64,000 nt of DNA from Leptogorgia sarmentosa. Its lineage: Eukaryota. The position numbers and the translations under genes are program-made. Shown one piece after another: positions 38,901-60,400 of this stretch (its first letter is position 1; every line of letters begins with the position of its first letter). A model generated the notes under the pieces. That model was not told where the DNA came from, did not search any database, and saw nothing but the letters and a program-made list of their open reading frames with translations. The stretch spans positions 5,270,001-5,334,000 of the forward strand of contig OZ210884.1 in the NCBI GenBank assembly GCA_964658305.1, given 5' to 3'.

Positions 38901-40898
38901 GCGTTTCGTACACAAAACAAGAGAACGTAAAAGATTATTTCCACAAACAACTGAATGGTTTATATTATCAGAAACTTGGGCAAAATATTTTTAATCTTTT
39001 TCAGATTTTAATCTTTTGCATGTTAATTTGGTATGACGTCCAATGCATAGCATCGCTATAGACCACACGTCTATATTCATTATGGTTCTCATTATTAAAA
39101 GTTAGGAGATCGTTTCAATAATTGGTCTCATACTTACATGTTATCTGCAATGATCTTGGCAAGAAGGTCTTTCAAATTTTTGTGAAAATCTCCTGAAGAA
39201 AAATTACTAAAATGAGACTACTTTTAGATTTTTAAACCTGGATTATCGCTAATCCTGGGTTAAAAGTTAACCATGGTGATATAAACGATGACTGAAAACT
39301 GGCAAGCGCTCTAGTTATTCCGGAAATATATAGGACTGCCGATTGGCGGAGTTTTCAAACAATAAAACATGTCTTGAAGGTAAAAAAAAAAGCAGTAGGA
39401 AAGTTTTCATAGTAAAACCGAGTTTTATTATCTGAAGAAAGGAAATGAATTCAAAGTGATAATTAAGAATGTCTTCTAGAAGCGTGTGTGAAAGATAGTT
39501 TGTTGTATTCATAGTTCACCTGGAAATATTGCAGTAATAGACTGCCTGTCTGTTAAGCCTTCGTACAAACAGTTTTTGACCAACTGCTGTAAAATACAAA
39601 ACAGCTGTTCAGCTTCTGTACTCTCACAACCCAGAGCTTCCGTCGTTGCATTATGAAGAGCTGGAGGAACTAGCCAGGAAAAAAAGTTAAGTGTAAATAT
39701 ATTTCCTGGAACTTTTAATTGTAACTAAATTTTAGCACTAAAATACAAATTTTAACCCAAAAAATGATAAAAACAACATCAAAATTTGGGGGCTGGTAAC
39801 TTTCTAAAATCCTTAGGGTAGGCCGAGAATATACAGTGTAATATTGCTAAAATATAATAATACGAGACACGCTCTTTGCGTGGATATCTAGATCTAATAC
39901 TGATTTTAGGCCTGCGCTAGGGTCCAAGATCGCCGCGATTAATGCGATATGAGGGGAAAATGCCAAAATTCAAGGCGATCTTGAGCGTTCTTATGCGATC
40001 TTGGGCGATCTTAGTCGATCGTAGGCGATTTTAGGCGATCTTGCACCCTGGAGTAGGCCTGATTTTAATATCCATGGAATGCTAGTACATACAGGTAGGG
40101 GAATATTTGCGGGATGAATAAAGAAGGCGGTAAGGTATTTTCTTTTCCTTGGGGGGGAGAGAACAGTATGTAGTTAATCATTATTATTACTAATCACATC
40201 TAAGATTCTCAAATATATTAACCTTTTTCATTTCTGTGGGTGAAGGCATCATTGATTAGTTTCCCCACAACATCTTTGGATTTGGCCTTAAATGAAAGAT
40301 TTGAAACCACATTTCAACGTGAACATTACGCCATGCTCCTAACTCATGCGCCTCAACCATACTCTTTAACCACACTCCTCAACCATGCTCTTTAACCATG
40401 CTCTTTAACCATGCTCCTCAACCATACTCCTCAACCATGCCCATCAACCATGCTCCTCAACCATGCTCCTCAACCATGCTCCTCAACCATGCTCCTCAAC
40501 CATCCTGCACAGCCATGCTCCTCAACCATGCTCTTTAACCATACTCATCAACCATTTGCATCAATCATGCTCCTTAACCATGCCGGCATGTCCCTCAACC
40601 ATGCTCCTTAACCATGCTCCTCAACCGTACCTTAACTAAACCTTAACCATACCTTGTGTTTAAGGTATGGTTAACATATGGTTAAGGGTTGGGGTTTATA
40701 ATTTTTTACACAGAATAAAATGGGAGTATTATGTGCTCTTGTTTGGTATTTACGTATCATGCAGACATTTAGTTCAAAAAACAACAAAAATGACTTTTAT
40801 ACAGGATTACTGAGTGAAATATTGGATAACCACGGAACTTACTGTACCTTCAAAAGAATATTTAAAGGAGCAAAATTCAAATGTCCAAGTACCACCAT
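35940..40898 (-). CDS. COMMD9: COMM domain-containing protein 9 (7 exons, 202 aa)
   Basis: Exons 40848-40898, 40223-40286 (AKSKDVV), 39520-39669, 39138-39192 (DFHKNLKDLLAKII), 37001-37035 (SEWKTQA), 36593-36696 (SLPKLVDFDWRVDVKTSSDAITRMSMPTCLLQLK), 35940-36089 (VELSKKTLDTMLDGLGKIRDQLSSVA). Not shown in the ORF track; found by manual splicing. Confidence 0.93.
37623..38522 (-). CDS. Intronless rhodopsin-family GPCR (299 aa), close paralog of 34477-35340, nested in COMMD9 intron 4
   Basis: Intact 7TM ORF with MTLERYLGLAYPIFHKTSVTKRRL, KKYHTC, CCCP, MNSTVNAVIFFW; long identical peptide blocks with the neighbouring GPCR. Confidence 0.9.
   Translation of the reverse strand: MTFDNLLLNGIAYCLVNFAFLIVGSFLNVVVALSIWKSTQLRKKLSYFMIFMLSCNDLVVVIVLHPSAIYRYVLLVRKEVDMHSQQFALFFYISNILFGCSLFGVFTMTLERYLGLAYPIFHKTSVTKRRLVIFLLTTQTFGLIWHTVTFSLQTSTIQQAYTLLFVSVFVILVMVLNFKMFYIAKTSRHHTASLNSKRKFFEYKKYHTCLLTIVLMFLCCCPVFAYYGLVVFNMLDKSSDIALCLFSWSSTVVTMNSTVNAVIFFWINNVLRNEGKKLVKKLCLSIRNKLNTVNVGHIC
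39909..40059. mobile_element. Small MITE with 8-bp TSD (hAT-like)
   Basis: Imperfect 26-bp TIR GGCCTGCGCTAGGGTCCAAGATCGCC / GGCGATCTTGCACCCTGGAGTAGGCC, TGATTTTA on both sides, internal 10-bp GCGATCTT repeats. Confidence 0.75.
40330..40650. repeat. 13-bp minisatellite (CCATGCTCCTCAA)n in COMMD9 intron 1
   Basis: Direct tandem copies with variants such as CCATGCTCTTTAA. Confidence 0.9.
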
Positions 40899-41466
40899 TT
40901 TGGATCACTTTGGGATTCATTTCCGATTGGGAAAAATGTATTTAAATATTGGTTAACATTGGTCTATTCCTGATTTTTCTGACAGACTCCACGAAATCAG
41001 TAAGAATTAATTTGTTGTGAAGAAGTTACATACGAGTTCCCCAGCAATGCAGTCCTTCGTAAAATAGTCGGGCAGTGTTTTAATCTTGTTTTGTGATTTG
41101 AAAATTAAGAATTCTATGATTTCTACCGCAACACAGTCACACGCTCCTGCCTCCACGCAAAAATCATCCTTAGGCCAATGTTATATTTGTCCCCCCGATG
41201 CGCACTTTTGTCTTGCAACGATCTTGTTCGTTTTCCCCCTCCTAATGCTCCAATAACCCTTTAATCAAATTTAAATTGTATAAAATAAACAAACAGGTAA
41301 TCGTACTATCACGAACTCCTCATAAATGCATGGTTTTTAGCTCCATACTTTTGCCCTCCCGTGTTATTTACCCAGTATGCGAAGCATTTTCGACATTTTT
41401 GTGATAATTTTGGCGAGATATTTCAATAATGCGAATCAGGTGTAGCGTTCCCGGGAAGATTTCAAA
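40899..41466. promoter_or_regulatory. Probable bidirectional promoter of COMMD9 and RUVBL2
   Basis: 568 bp between divergent ATGs; palindrome TTCCCGGGAA at 41448-41457 and YY1-type CAAAATGGCGGC overlapping the RUVBL2 start. Confidence 0.65.
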
Positions 41467-49925
<8,459 letters not shown>

Positions 49926-50498
49926 TAAACATCGACTTTTCATCTAACGTAGTTCTCACATCAGACGTTATAAAAGCATACCGTATTTTTTTCTAACTAC
50001 TTTGACATTACTTTTAAAACATGGTTTCCATTTTGTTGTCGGGATGCCGCAGATGTACTTAATTTTCCTTTTTAAAACAACCTAAGCCAAAGGGAGAGTA
50101 CACTATGCATTAACACTGCAACAACGTATTTTATAAGAGTAGTTAACAAGTGTATTATGAGTTTATTCGGTCCATCTCAGCCTAATATGGTCGTACCAGT
50201 ACGATCAAATGGAAACCAACCCTTTTGAAAGCATAAAACTGTAATATAGATTTTAATGGCTTTCTTGAGTGTGAGCTCTATCAACATTGACATTTACACA
50301 TCTGTCTGTTTTACTATGTTTTTATACATCAGGTTATTCTATGCCTAATATTTAATGGAAAATAAGGGAGCTTCGAACCCTTTTCATTTTGAGAGCACTC
50401 ATTTTAAATCAACTCATGCGATGTTTTTTATTTACATGAAGTATGCCCATGAAAATTGCAGGCTCAGAAAAGGGAGAGAGACGTGGGACCGAGTTTGA

Positions 50499-50537
50499 TT
50501 TTCCCGCCAAAGCCGAAAAAATTTCAAATGTTTTGAA
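50499..50537 (+). promoter_or_regulatory. Candidate E2F site plus CHR-like elements upstream of MSH4
   Basis: TTTTCCCGCCAAA (50499-50511), TTCAAA (50523-50528), TTTGAA (50532-50537), about 200 bp before the ATG. Confidence 0.45.
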
Positions 50538-50727
50538 AAATACAGTGAAAAATATGAAAAAACAGCAGGAAAACTATTCAAGTTTTCGCTATTGAACCAA
50601 ACGGTTTTAGCTATTCATCTTGAAATTGTAAAAGCATACGTTTTTATTGAATAGTACGACGCATTATTTGTATTGTTGGAATCGTCCGGGGAAAAGAGTT
50701 TGTTTGAAAATCTTCATTCAAAAAGCA

Positions 50728-53700
50728 ATGGCAGGAGCACGACAACCTCGATATAGTAAGTAAATTTTCGCTCCTAAGGCATGTTAAATTCCTTTACATT
50801 TTGTTTTGGTCTTCTGAATTTTCTTCTGAAAGTATGTTGCTGCGAAAAAGATATATTGTAGTACTAGAAGAAGTATTTTTGACGGAAATTTTGATGTTCA
50901 AAGCTTACCCAAACTCAGAATGAAATATACAACATACATCAAAAAGTACACATTTCAAAGTGTAAAATCAGTCCCCTTTCTAATTTATTTGAAATAATCA
51001 GAACTATGAAAGCGAAACACTAATTTAATGAAATTAAATTACTTGCATGAAATTTTATCAATTTTGTAGAGTTTGATTTTAAGACTCCAACAGATGTTAA
51101 TCCATATTCAAGCACAACAAGCTCATTCCTTAGCGTGGGGAAAACAAATCTTCCTTCATGCAAACAAAACAAATCCTCTAGTTCTGCTTCACAGTTTTTT
51201 GGCAGACTAAGGTAAGTTTATGTCATAGTGAAACAAGATGGTCAGGCAGGCAAAACATGTCAGGTCACTTGTGCATTGCATTTTCGCCAAGTCAACCAAT
51301 AGTATGTTTTTTTAAACCACTCAATATTGTATCGTGACGGTGTCACGACTGAATAACTACACCAACGCACTGTTATTGGTTCAATGAATGGTAAGATAAT
51401 ACAGGGTGCCCCCAAAAAAACGAAACTTGCAAAAATTAATTATGCATTCGATGAAATTTTTATTCACCCAATAGTGTAATTATTATTCAGCTTCAGTTTG
51501 ATGAATTTAATACTTCTGTGCCTCTGGGAATTCATATTTTGTGTACAGTATAAGTAAAAGCAAAACAGGATAAAAGTACTACAAATACATAAACATAATT
51601 ATTCATTCGGGTTCTGTGGTTCGGTTTTTTTGGGACACCCTGTATACAACAATTATAATTAAGCATCTTTAAATCATTGTTAATTTAGCTCCTTCAGTAT
51701 AATTTGTTGTCCCTCCAAACATGAACTAAAACCAGTCTTTTGCTCGATGAATAAATTGTTAATAACGTTTTAATGGCTAATAACTTAGTTTATATGTTGT
51801 GTATTAAATTTCGATATCGTGTTAGTTCTTCAAGCTCCAGTTTAACACCAGGAATTTCATTACGTGGTTCAACCCCTGTGAAGAACTTTACCCGAACACC
51901 AGTCAATCCTCCAGGATCCCGTAAAACCCCTCGTCATTCTAGCAGTGTCACCCCAGGCGTTTCTGGACCTTCAGTGCTTGTAGGTATGGTTGCTAAGGGC
52001 CTAAAACAGGTTCTTGATCCAAGTTTGTCAGACAAGGTGTCCCCTCTATAGAAACCACTCTTTTCTTGTTTATCTCGGGATATTACACCTCTGGAAAATT
52101 TAAATTAGCTTCAGACGACCAGCATCACAAACACGTGTTGTTATAAATACTCCTGTCATTCATGTACCGTTCAACTCACTTCTCAAATTACAACAACGCA
52201 CGTTTAGGGTACTTTTCTTGGGACACCCTATAGTATTAATTTGGTTTCTGGGTTATAATGAGACGCCTGTATGCCTCTTTTTACAAGCTCTTGTGGAAGG
52301 TCGAGGATTGGCAAAGGGTGAAATTGGGATGGCAAGTCTTGATTTGAAAAGGCCAGAACTTCTTCTCTCACAGGTATTATATATAATACAAACACTGTAT
52401 GCATTGTTCAGTATCCACTGTTGCTTCATTGTTCGGTATTAAGATAGCTATTCATTTTGTATGTTTTCAGTTTTCAGACAGCCAAACATACGTAAAAGTG
52501 GTGACAAAACTTCAAGTTCTGCAGCCACTCGAGGTTGGTGAAATCATTTAGTTCGCCATAATACCTCTGTAACTAAAGGCTACGGCCAAATCAAGGTGGA
52601 ATTTGGCGACGTCTTGTGAATTAGGATTGCATTTAAGATGGGCGAAATGAACAACCAGGGGCCGCGAAGTTTTGCAGTTTGCAAATCAACTGCCATTCTT
52701 TAAGGCGCCATTTCTAGCTGTAGTGAAAGATTTTGAATCGTCCATTCTAATAAGAGAGCACATGATGTTTCTACTATTGGCAGGTCATCATACCAAATAC
52801 TGCATGTGAAGCTGGCAAGATGACAAAACTTTGTGAAATCATCACTGATCAATTTTCTAACGTCAGTCTTTCGACTGTACAAAGAAAATATTTCAATGAA
52901 TCACAAGGTAAATATTTCATCAATGGGAAAGGTATAATATACAAAATAAGTTTCCCGCGAGTCTATAAATGGTGTTCCATCATTCTCAACCACCATCCTT
53001 AACCACCATACTAATTAGTATGAGGTTTAAACATGGGCGTACGGGCGCTATCTTGTTTGGGGGGGCACATTATTGTTTGCCCGACAGGACCAGAGGACCT
53101 GTGGAACGACATTTGAAGTGGGGGGAGGGGGGTTGACAGATAAGGGGGGGCGAAGCTCACGAGGCGCCACCATGGTTGGCGCCGAGCGAGAAAATTTTAA
53201 AAATTTTGGTCTCTAGATCGTCAGAAATGGCATTTTCAAGGTGTCATATTATACCTCTTTCGTTATGTAATACATATTCGATCTGAAATACTTGAGCTTT
53301 GGAATTAGAATACTTCGTATAGGATGTTTTAGAGGATAATGATTTTCATCGTATTGTTGATGTTATATTGTCTAATAAAGTTAATATTCTATCAACTATG
53401 ATGGAGTTATGTTTGCCCGAACGATTCGAGCTCAATTGCCCGACCGTGAACGGTTTGGGGGGGCACAGCCCCCCCCGGCCCGTACGCCCATGGGTTTAAA
53501 CCACCATATACTCAACTAATAATAACCATCATCGTCAACCATCATCCTCAACCACCTCAAGGCGTGGTTAGACATGGTAAATCAATGGTATTATTTTATA
53601 AGATAAATCACATCTGAAATAAAGTTTGATATCGATTTTAAAGCTTGTAAGTATTTGAAATATAGGCTTACAGTATATAAAGCAACTTTGTGTTCCTGAA

Positions 53701-56700
53701 TTTAACGCTGTTGAGATGGAAGTTGCCTCAAAGTAAGTACTTAGGATTTTATTGCATGCCTGTTTATCATTCTTGATTGATATGCTTCGTCTTGCGTGAT
53801 GTGTAGCTATTCAAACTAACTAAAAAAATACGGAAACTTTGGAAGGTTAAAATTCTCGTAGGGTATGGACAAATGTACTGATTTACATAATAATATTAAA
53901 AAAATATAACCTTGTAAGTTTTGCAATTTCTTTACATCTTAGAATTACGCACGGAAAATTGATAGCCTTTTCCGGTAGTGCATGGTATGAATTTTTGACC
54001 AATCACCACATTTGTTTACATCTTGGCGCTAAGCCAATCAGAGCGCATAGAATTATACTACTTCTGGTTTACAAAGGCATTTTTATACACATGTATTTTT
54101 ATACGAAACTTTATACGGTCGTAAGTAACGCTAAGTAACGCCTTAGAGGCCTCTGGTTTTCAAACATTTTAACGCAATCCTGAAAAATACAAACATCTTT
54201 TAGAAATTTGCCGCTGGGATTTTCGTTTCATCGATCACTTAGGTTTGAAATAATTCGCAAATACGCAAATAGCTCATTTCTGAAGAGGTTGTTGTACAGC
54301 GTTTGGAAGCCTGTCTGAAAACCTTTCCCATGACGGCTTTTTCGCAAACAAACCATAAATGAGATTTACTGTCAAGCTTTCTTTCACAGAACATATATGA
54401 ACAGCCAAAAATCTGATGCAGCCAAATTCCCGATATGCACAAACTAGACAAATGCAAATGTCTACGAACACATTTCCAAAACAATCATCACATTCACGTA
54501 ATGTGGAGCTGTGATGAGAGAAATTTGAGGTTTATTACCCAATATAGGAGCGGTTTGTCAGAGTTGGCAAAGAAGTCGTGATAGAAAAGCTTTCCGAACA
54601 GAGTCTTAGAGAGGTTTTTCATTTGAGAGAAACTTACATTTTTGAGCTGCAGCGTATATATATTTGGTATCGCAGGGTGAACTATTCGAGAGTAATGATG
54701 TTTTTTGAATACGAATTATTTTATAACCAAACGATGAAACGAACATCCCAGCAGCAGATTTTTAGAAAATTATATATTTTATAGGATTTAGCTAAAATAT
54801 GACAAGACAATTAAAAAAACAGGTAACTCTAGGGCATTATTTACAACCGTAACTTTCGCATTGAAATATACATGAATGAACCGGAAGTAGTATGAATTTA
54901 CGTGTTCTGATTGGCTTAGCGCAAAAAGGTAAACAAATGTGTTGATTGGTCAAAAACGAAATTCGCACTTTCTTTTTGACCAGTCATTAAAATTTCCTAT
55001 TCTTTAGGTACTATTGCCTTGCTACGGCCTCTGTAAGTAGATATTTACCATGTAACATTTGGAAATTGATTTATAACATTTCATGAAAAAACATGTCACA
55101 CCAAAACATTCCATGATACTGTTTACAGGCACTTCTCAAATACGTAGAATTCATCCAAAACATTGTTTACGCTCCTTCATCTCTGAAGATTGTTTTTAAA
55201 GGAAGCGAGCAAACGACGATGATAGGTATAATTGCAGTTATTATTGCACCTAGTTTGAAAAACGCCTCAGTGATTAATAAATGACACAAGAAGAACAAAA
55301 TTCATCACCATATCTAGAAAGAGCGCATCTTGGAATTAGAAAAATCGCAAAGTTTCAGGGCGAAATTTTATGTGAAAAATCTGCGGGTCCACCACGTTTT
55401 AAAATACAGTTTCACTTTGCACAGCTTTCTCAGCTGAAACGGTACAGCAAATTTCATAAGGTTGTATTCTCCACATTTTACATTTCGCAATCAAACTTTT
55501 AAGATGCTGTTTCTTTGGTAATGCATGAAATTTGTTCTAAAACAAATTTTAGCCGAGCTTTGAGCATTGGATTGGAAAGTGCAGAATTTCGGATTTTATA
55601 TACATATTTCTTTAAATATCTTATACTATTTTCTCTAGATGCAGCTACAGCGCGTAATCTAGAGCTAATATTGAATGCGCGCAATTTTGGCAGTGACCAC
55701 TGCCTTTATGGTGTGATGAACCACACTAAGACCACCGCAGGAGGTAGCTATAGTTACGCTATGCTGTATAATCCCTTTTTTAGCTTGTGAATTAATTTCA
55801 TCAACTAGATGAATAAGATCAATAAGATGAGATGTGCAGGTTCCTAACATGCCTACTACTTAAATTGACACATGCATCACTTTATCTTCACTTTTTTACA
55901 AGTTATATGTTCATTTTACAAATTAATTTTTTGCAGCTCGTTTGCTGAGATCAAACATTTTACAGCCACCATCAGGTGGGCCAAAATTTAAAAATTGGAA
56001 ATAAAATGGTCCAAGTGCATGCTTCCTAATACCTTCAACATTAGTAACTGGTTTACTCTTTCACGTCCATCAAAAAGCGAAAATTACACTAGAATTGAAA
56101 TCGCAGTGAAATTTGCAAGTTTAAACGGGCCTTTAAACAGTTGCTTGGGGGTAAAAACGACAAGGGAAGTAGCGACAAGAAAAACATGTTTAGGATTGTA
56201 AGAAATAAATACTGCTAAGGAGAAATGTGTGTGATTTAACTTTTGAGGGTTTATATCATGAACATATCAATTTCCTCTTCATTTTTAACATAATCAATAT
56301 TCAGGGCGTAATTTATGTGAGATAATCCCACGGTGTATCGAATGGAGCCGACTCGATATTGAAATAATCTTGATTATAGATGTTGGAACAATCAATACAA
56401 GACTGGATTGTGTTACTGAACTTCTCGAGAAAGAGGTGCCAGATTTTGAATTCTAAAATTAATGATCAAACCTAAATAGAATCTTAAATTTGAGGGCACA
56501 CAAAGCAATAGCTCCAAAAATGGAGGCGGGCAATGCAGTTAACTGATGCAGTTAACTGAAAAATACAAATCCTATATGAACACTAAAAGTCAAAGAAACA
56601 TGAATCATACGCTGTTATCAAATTTGAATCTAATTTTTTTTTCAACTTTTAAATTTTTCCTCCCAGCGGTATTTTGGGATTCTTGCGAATTCACTTTATC

Positions 56701-59134
56701 CCATTCAACATTTTTCATATCTTTTTTACTTGTTTTCAAATGCTAGAACATTACAGAATGTCAAGCATTGTATGCGGAATATATTTACTATTTTCTTTTT
56801 ATCATGAATTTTAGGAAGAATTTTACACGTTACAATCAGGTAATACAAGACTATAGCCACAGATGGATATCCTAGTACAGACTTTTACTACAGCAACCTG
56901 GAAGATACTGATCTCGTTTTCCAATTTCGGCGCAAACAGGCAACAAGCGAATGGGATTGAGCGGTGATGTCATAGTGTTCGCCGCCAGCCAATCAAGTTG
57001 CTTTTCTCTCAGTTCGTTCAAATAAATTCGCCTAGTGGAAAACAGGCTTTATAACTGAATATTGTCTTGACGGAACTGAGATATCTGTCTTTTATATTTT
57101 TTTATAGTTCTTGCAAGATTTTTAGATATCGATCACATAACATCAATGTGCATTCAACTACCAAAGACAGAAACAGTCAAAACTGCTGAATCAAAAATCA
57201 CCAATGTGATTTACCTTAAACATACATTGGAACTGGTAGATCCACTTCGAGAGGCACTTAAGAATTGCGAGAACGCCCTTTTCCTTGCATATTTCGAGGT
57301 ATAAAAACAAGTAATTTATCCTTGGTACAATACGGTTTTATTGTTGTAACACCTCGCCGAATTTGTGTTGAGATTTCTCTTGGCAATTAACATTAAATTT
57401 GTGGTGAGGGAGGTGGTATTACAAAAACATTTGTCGACGATTGTAGCTTTTCAGCAAGTTATTTGGAGAAACTATAATATAGTTCCTGTATTTTTAAATA
57501 GTTTCTGTATTTATGAATTTTTCTTTCAGACATTAAGTGACCCAAGATTTAAGAAGATTATGGAAGAAATTCAGAAAGTGATCCACGATGATACGCGTTA
57601 TCAAAAGGGAACTATGAACATGAGAACACAGAAATGTTTTGCAATAAAGGTAGCAGAATAAATTTATAGGCAAGGCAACATGAATGTTTATTATCACATA
57701 AAAAAGTCAAGTCATGTATAACATTATAATATTTGTTAGGACCTGTGAAAACAATACGGTTTATAAAATATTTTTTTTCTTTTCATAGCCCCACATTAAT
57801 GGTAGGTATCAATTGAATAGAATTTGTTGCTCTCTTTAGAAAAAATATGGTGTATATGGCCATTCCCTTAATTTTTTCCGAAAAACTATTCCTAGACAAT
57901 CTTCTTTTCTAAATTCCACTTCCCAACTGACGCTCTTATGCTTTTAGGCTTATTGGATGTTGCAAGGAGGACATATACCGAAATTGTTGATGATTCTTTA
58001 GGTATTGTTTCACTACAATAAACAAATCAACCCCGGTGGTTTTCAGAATGTTATCTAATTCGATGTACTCTCGTGGTTCTATTTCAAACAATGTGGACGT
58101 TTCATTATTGTTTACGTTTTCAGTAACGTCTTGATCGATATGTCCATATGATATAACTTTGTCCCGAAAGGATAATCATTGGAAATTTGAGCCCAAACAT
58201 TTTCAATTTGTCTGCAGCACTAGTGAAACAGCTGGGAGAGAAACACGATCTGCCCGTAAAATCTGCCTACAATTCCACCAGAGGTTTCCATGCACAAATG
58301 CATGTAAACAATCAAGACAATCTTTCAATTGAAGAACTACCCAGTCAGTTTATTAAAGTTGTCAAAACAAAGAATGTCCTTGCTTTTACCACTGCTGATT
58401 TGGTGAGTTGTAATTGCTTGGCCAATGACTTAGCTGTACCAACTGTTCCGATTAAGTACTGTTTCTTTTGTTTTTAGATCAAACTTAATGGTTAGTTTCT
58501 GAGTGTAGTTCAGATAAGTACTGGTGTGTCGGTAGCATTGTTCGTTACGTAAAAAAACGTTTAAACAATTACCTAATTAACTCTAAGATTGTGAAGTCTT
58601 TCGGAAAAACACAGATCTTTCTCACGAATCAATGCAACGTTGTAAAAAGTTTGCAAAACGTTTTGGGAATGAAGACGAGAGAAGCTTCAGTTGAACGCTT
58701 GAATCGCCATATATTGGAGAATTATAAAAGCTGCACCAATTTGTCCAAAATGGCCCGACAAATATCTGTGATTAATTTGTTTCAAAGAAACAATGTTAGT
58801 CCACATAACTATAAATTATGAATAAAAGCACGTTAATACTGTGTTTGCATCCACTTAATCGACCACTACGATTGGCTTATATAGATCGCATACGAGAGTC
58901 GATGAACGAAATTTACCTCATGACAAACATGTGAGTGTATTTCTTTTCGTTTCACAAGTTATTTTCAATATTTATTCTTAATGCTTTTATGCCTTTGCTT
59001 TTATTTTAGTGTTGTATCTGAGCTGTTGGCAGAAATACGAGATCAAATTGGGTGTCTTTATAAACTAAGTGATTGTGTTGCTACGTTGGATCTCTTCGTT
59101 TCATTTGCTCATTCATGTACACTCGCAGAATATG
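50728..59134 (+). CDS. MSH4: MutS homolog 4 (meiotic MutS-gamma subunit), 5' 21 exons; ATPase-domain exons not in window
   Basis: Exons 50728-50755, 51070-51211, 51826-51983, 52288-52373 ([19 protein letters not shown]), 52471-52533, 52784-52907 (VQRKYFNE), 53666-53732, 55008-55032, 55129-55225, 55639-55743 (ARNLELI), 55937-55975, 56380-56435, 56815-56839, 57108-57298, 57530-57649 (NMRTQKCFA), 57789-57801, 57948-58001, 58218-58402, 58478-58490, 58885-58930, 59010-59134 ([11 protein letters not shown], open GT donor). Confidence 0.93.
51402..51642. mobile_element. Tc1/mariner-like MITE
   Basis: TIR CAGGGTGCCCCCAAAAAAA / TTTTTTTGGGACACCCTG flanked by TA on both sides; a degenerate relative lies at about 52033-52231. 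Confidence 0.8.
53032..53492. mobile_element. hAT-like MITE with perfect 8-bp TSD
   Basis: Perfect 15-bp TIR CATGGGCGTACGGGC / GCCCGTACGCCCATG; GGTTTAAA at 53024-53031 and 53493-53500. Confidence 0.9.
53991..54956. mobile_element. About 1-kb non-coding element with about 80-bp inverted arms
   Basis: TTTTTGACCAATCA..ACATTTGTTTAC...GCGCTAAGCCAATCAGA...ATACTACTTCTGGTT (53991-54070) is mirrored at 54879-54956. Confidence 0.7.
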
Positions 59135-59179
59135 GTAAGTTGTGAATACTATAGTTCTATATCTAGTTTGTTTATAAGT

Positions 59180-60400
59180 TTGGCAATCTAAGGACAGTTG
59201 GCAATCTAAAGAAAGTTGATGAGAATCTAAGGAAAGTTTATGTTGGCAATCTAAGGAAATTTGGCCATATTGGAAATTTAAGATAATTTCATAATCTAAA
59301 AAAAGTTGGTAATCTATAAGGAAGTTGGCCATCTAAGGAAAGTTGATCATTTAAGCAAAGTTGGCCATATAAGGAAAGTTGGCCATCTAAGGAAAGTTGG
59401 CCATATAAGGAAAGTTGGCCATCTGAGGAAAGTTGTCCATCTGAGGAAAGTTGACCATATTGGAAATCTAAGAAAATTTGATAATCCAAGAAAAGTTGGC
59501 GATCTAAGGAAAGTTGGCGATCTAAGGAAAGTTGGCGATCTAAGGAAAGTTGGCCATCTAAGAACGGTTGGGATGCTGAGAAAGTTTAAATTCTAAGAAC
59601 TGTTGGGAACCCAAGGAAAGTTGGCCATCTAAGGAAAGTTGGCCATCTAAGGAAAGTTGGCCATCTAAGGAAAGTTGATCATCTAAGGAAAGTTGGCCAT
59701 CTAAGGAAAGTCGGCCATCTAAGGTAAGTTGACAATCTAAGGAAAGTTGACAATCTAAGGAAAGTTGGCCATCTAAGAATGGTTGGGATGCTGAGAAAGT
59801 TTAAATTCTAAGAACTGTTGGGAACCCAAGGAAAGTTGGCCATCTAAGGAAAGTTGGCCATCTAAGGAAAGTTGATCATCTAAGGAAAGTTGGCCATCTA
59901 AGGAAAGTCGGCCATCTAAGGAAAGTTGACAATCTAAGGAAAGTTGACAATCTAAGGAAAGTTGGCCATCTAAGGAAAGTTGGCCATATAATGAAAGTTG
60001 GCCACATAAGGAAAGTCGGCCATCTGAGGAAAGTCGGCCATCTAAGGAAAGTCGGCCATCTAAGGAAAGTTGACAATCTAAGGAAAGTTGACAATCTAAG
60101 GAAAGTTGTCAATCTAAGGAAAGTTGACCATCTAAGGAAAGTTGTCAATCTAAGTAAAGTTGACAATCTAAGGAAAGTTGGCCATCTAAGGAAAGTTGGC
60201 CATCTAAGGAAAGTCGGCCATCTAAGGAAAGTTATCAATCTAAAGAAATTTGTCAATCTAAGAAAAGTTGGCAATCGAAAGAAATTTGTTAATCTAAGGA
60301 AAGTTGACAATCTAAGGAAAGTGGAAATTCTAAGGAAAGATGGCAATTTAAAGAATGTTCACAAACTTAGCAAAGTTGATAATCTAAAAAAAGCAATCTA
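59180..60400. repeat. 1.2-kb 18-bp minisatellite (TCTAAGGAAAGTTG-NNNA)n in MSH4 intron
   Basis: Dozens of tandem units, commonest AAGGAAAGTTGGCCATCT; produces the RKVGHL / LRWPTF ORFs. Confidence 0.97.
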
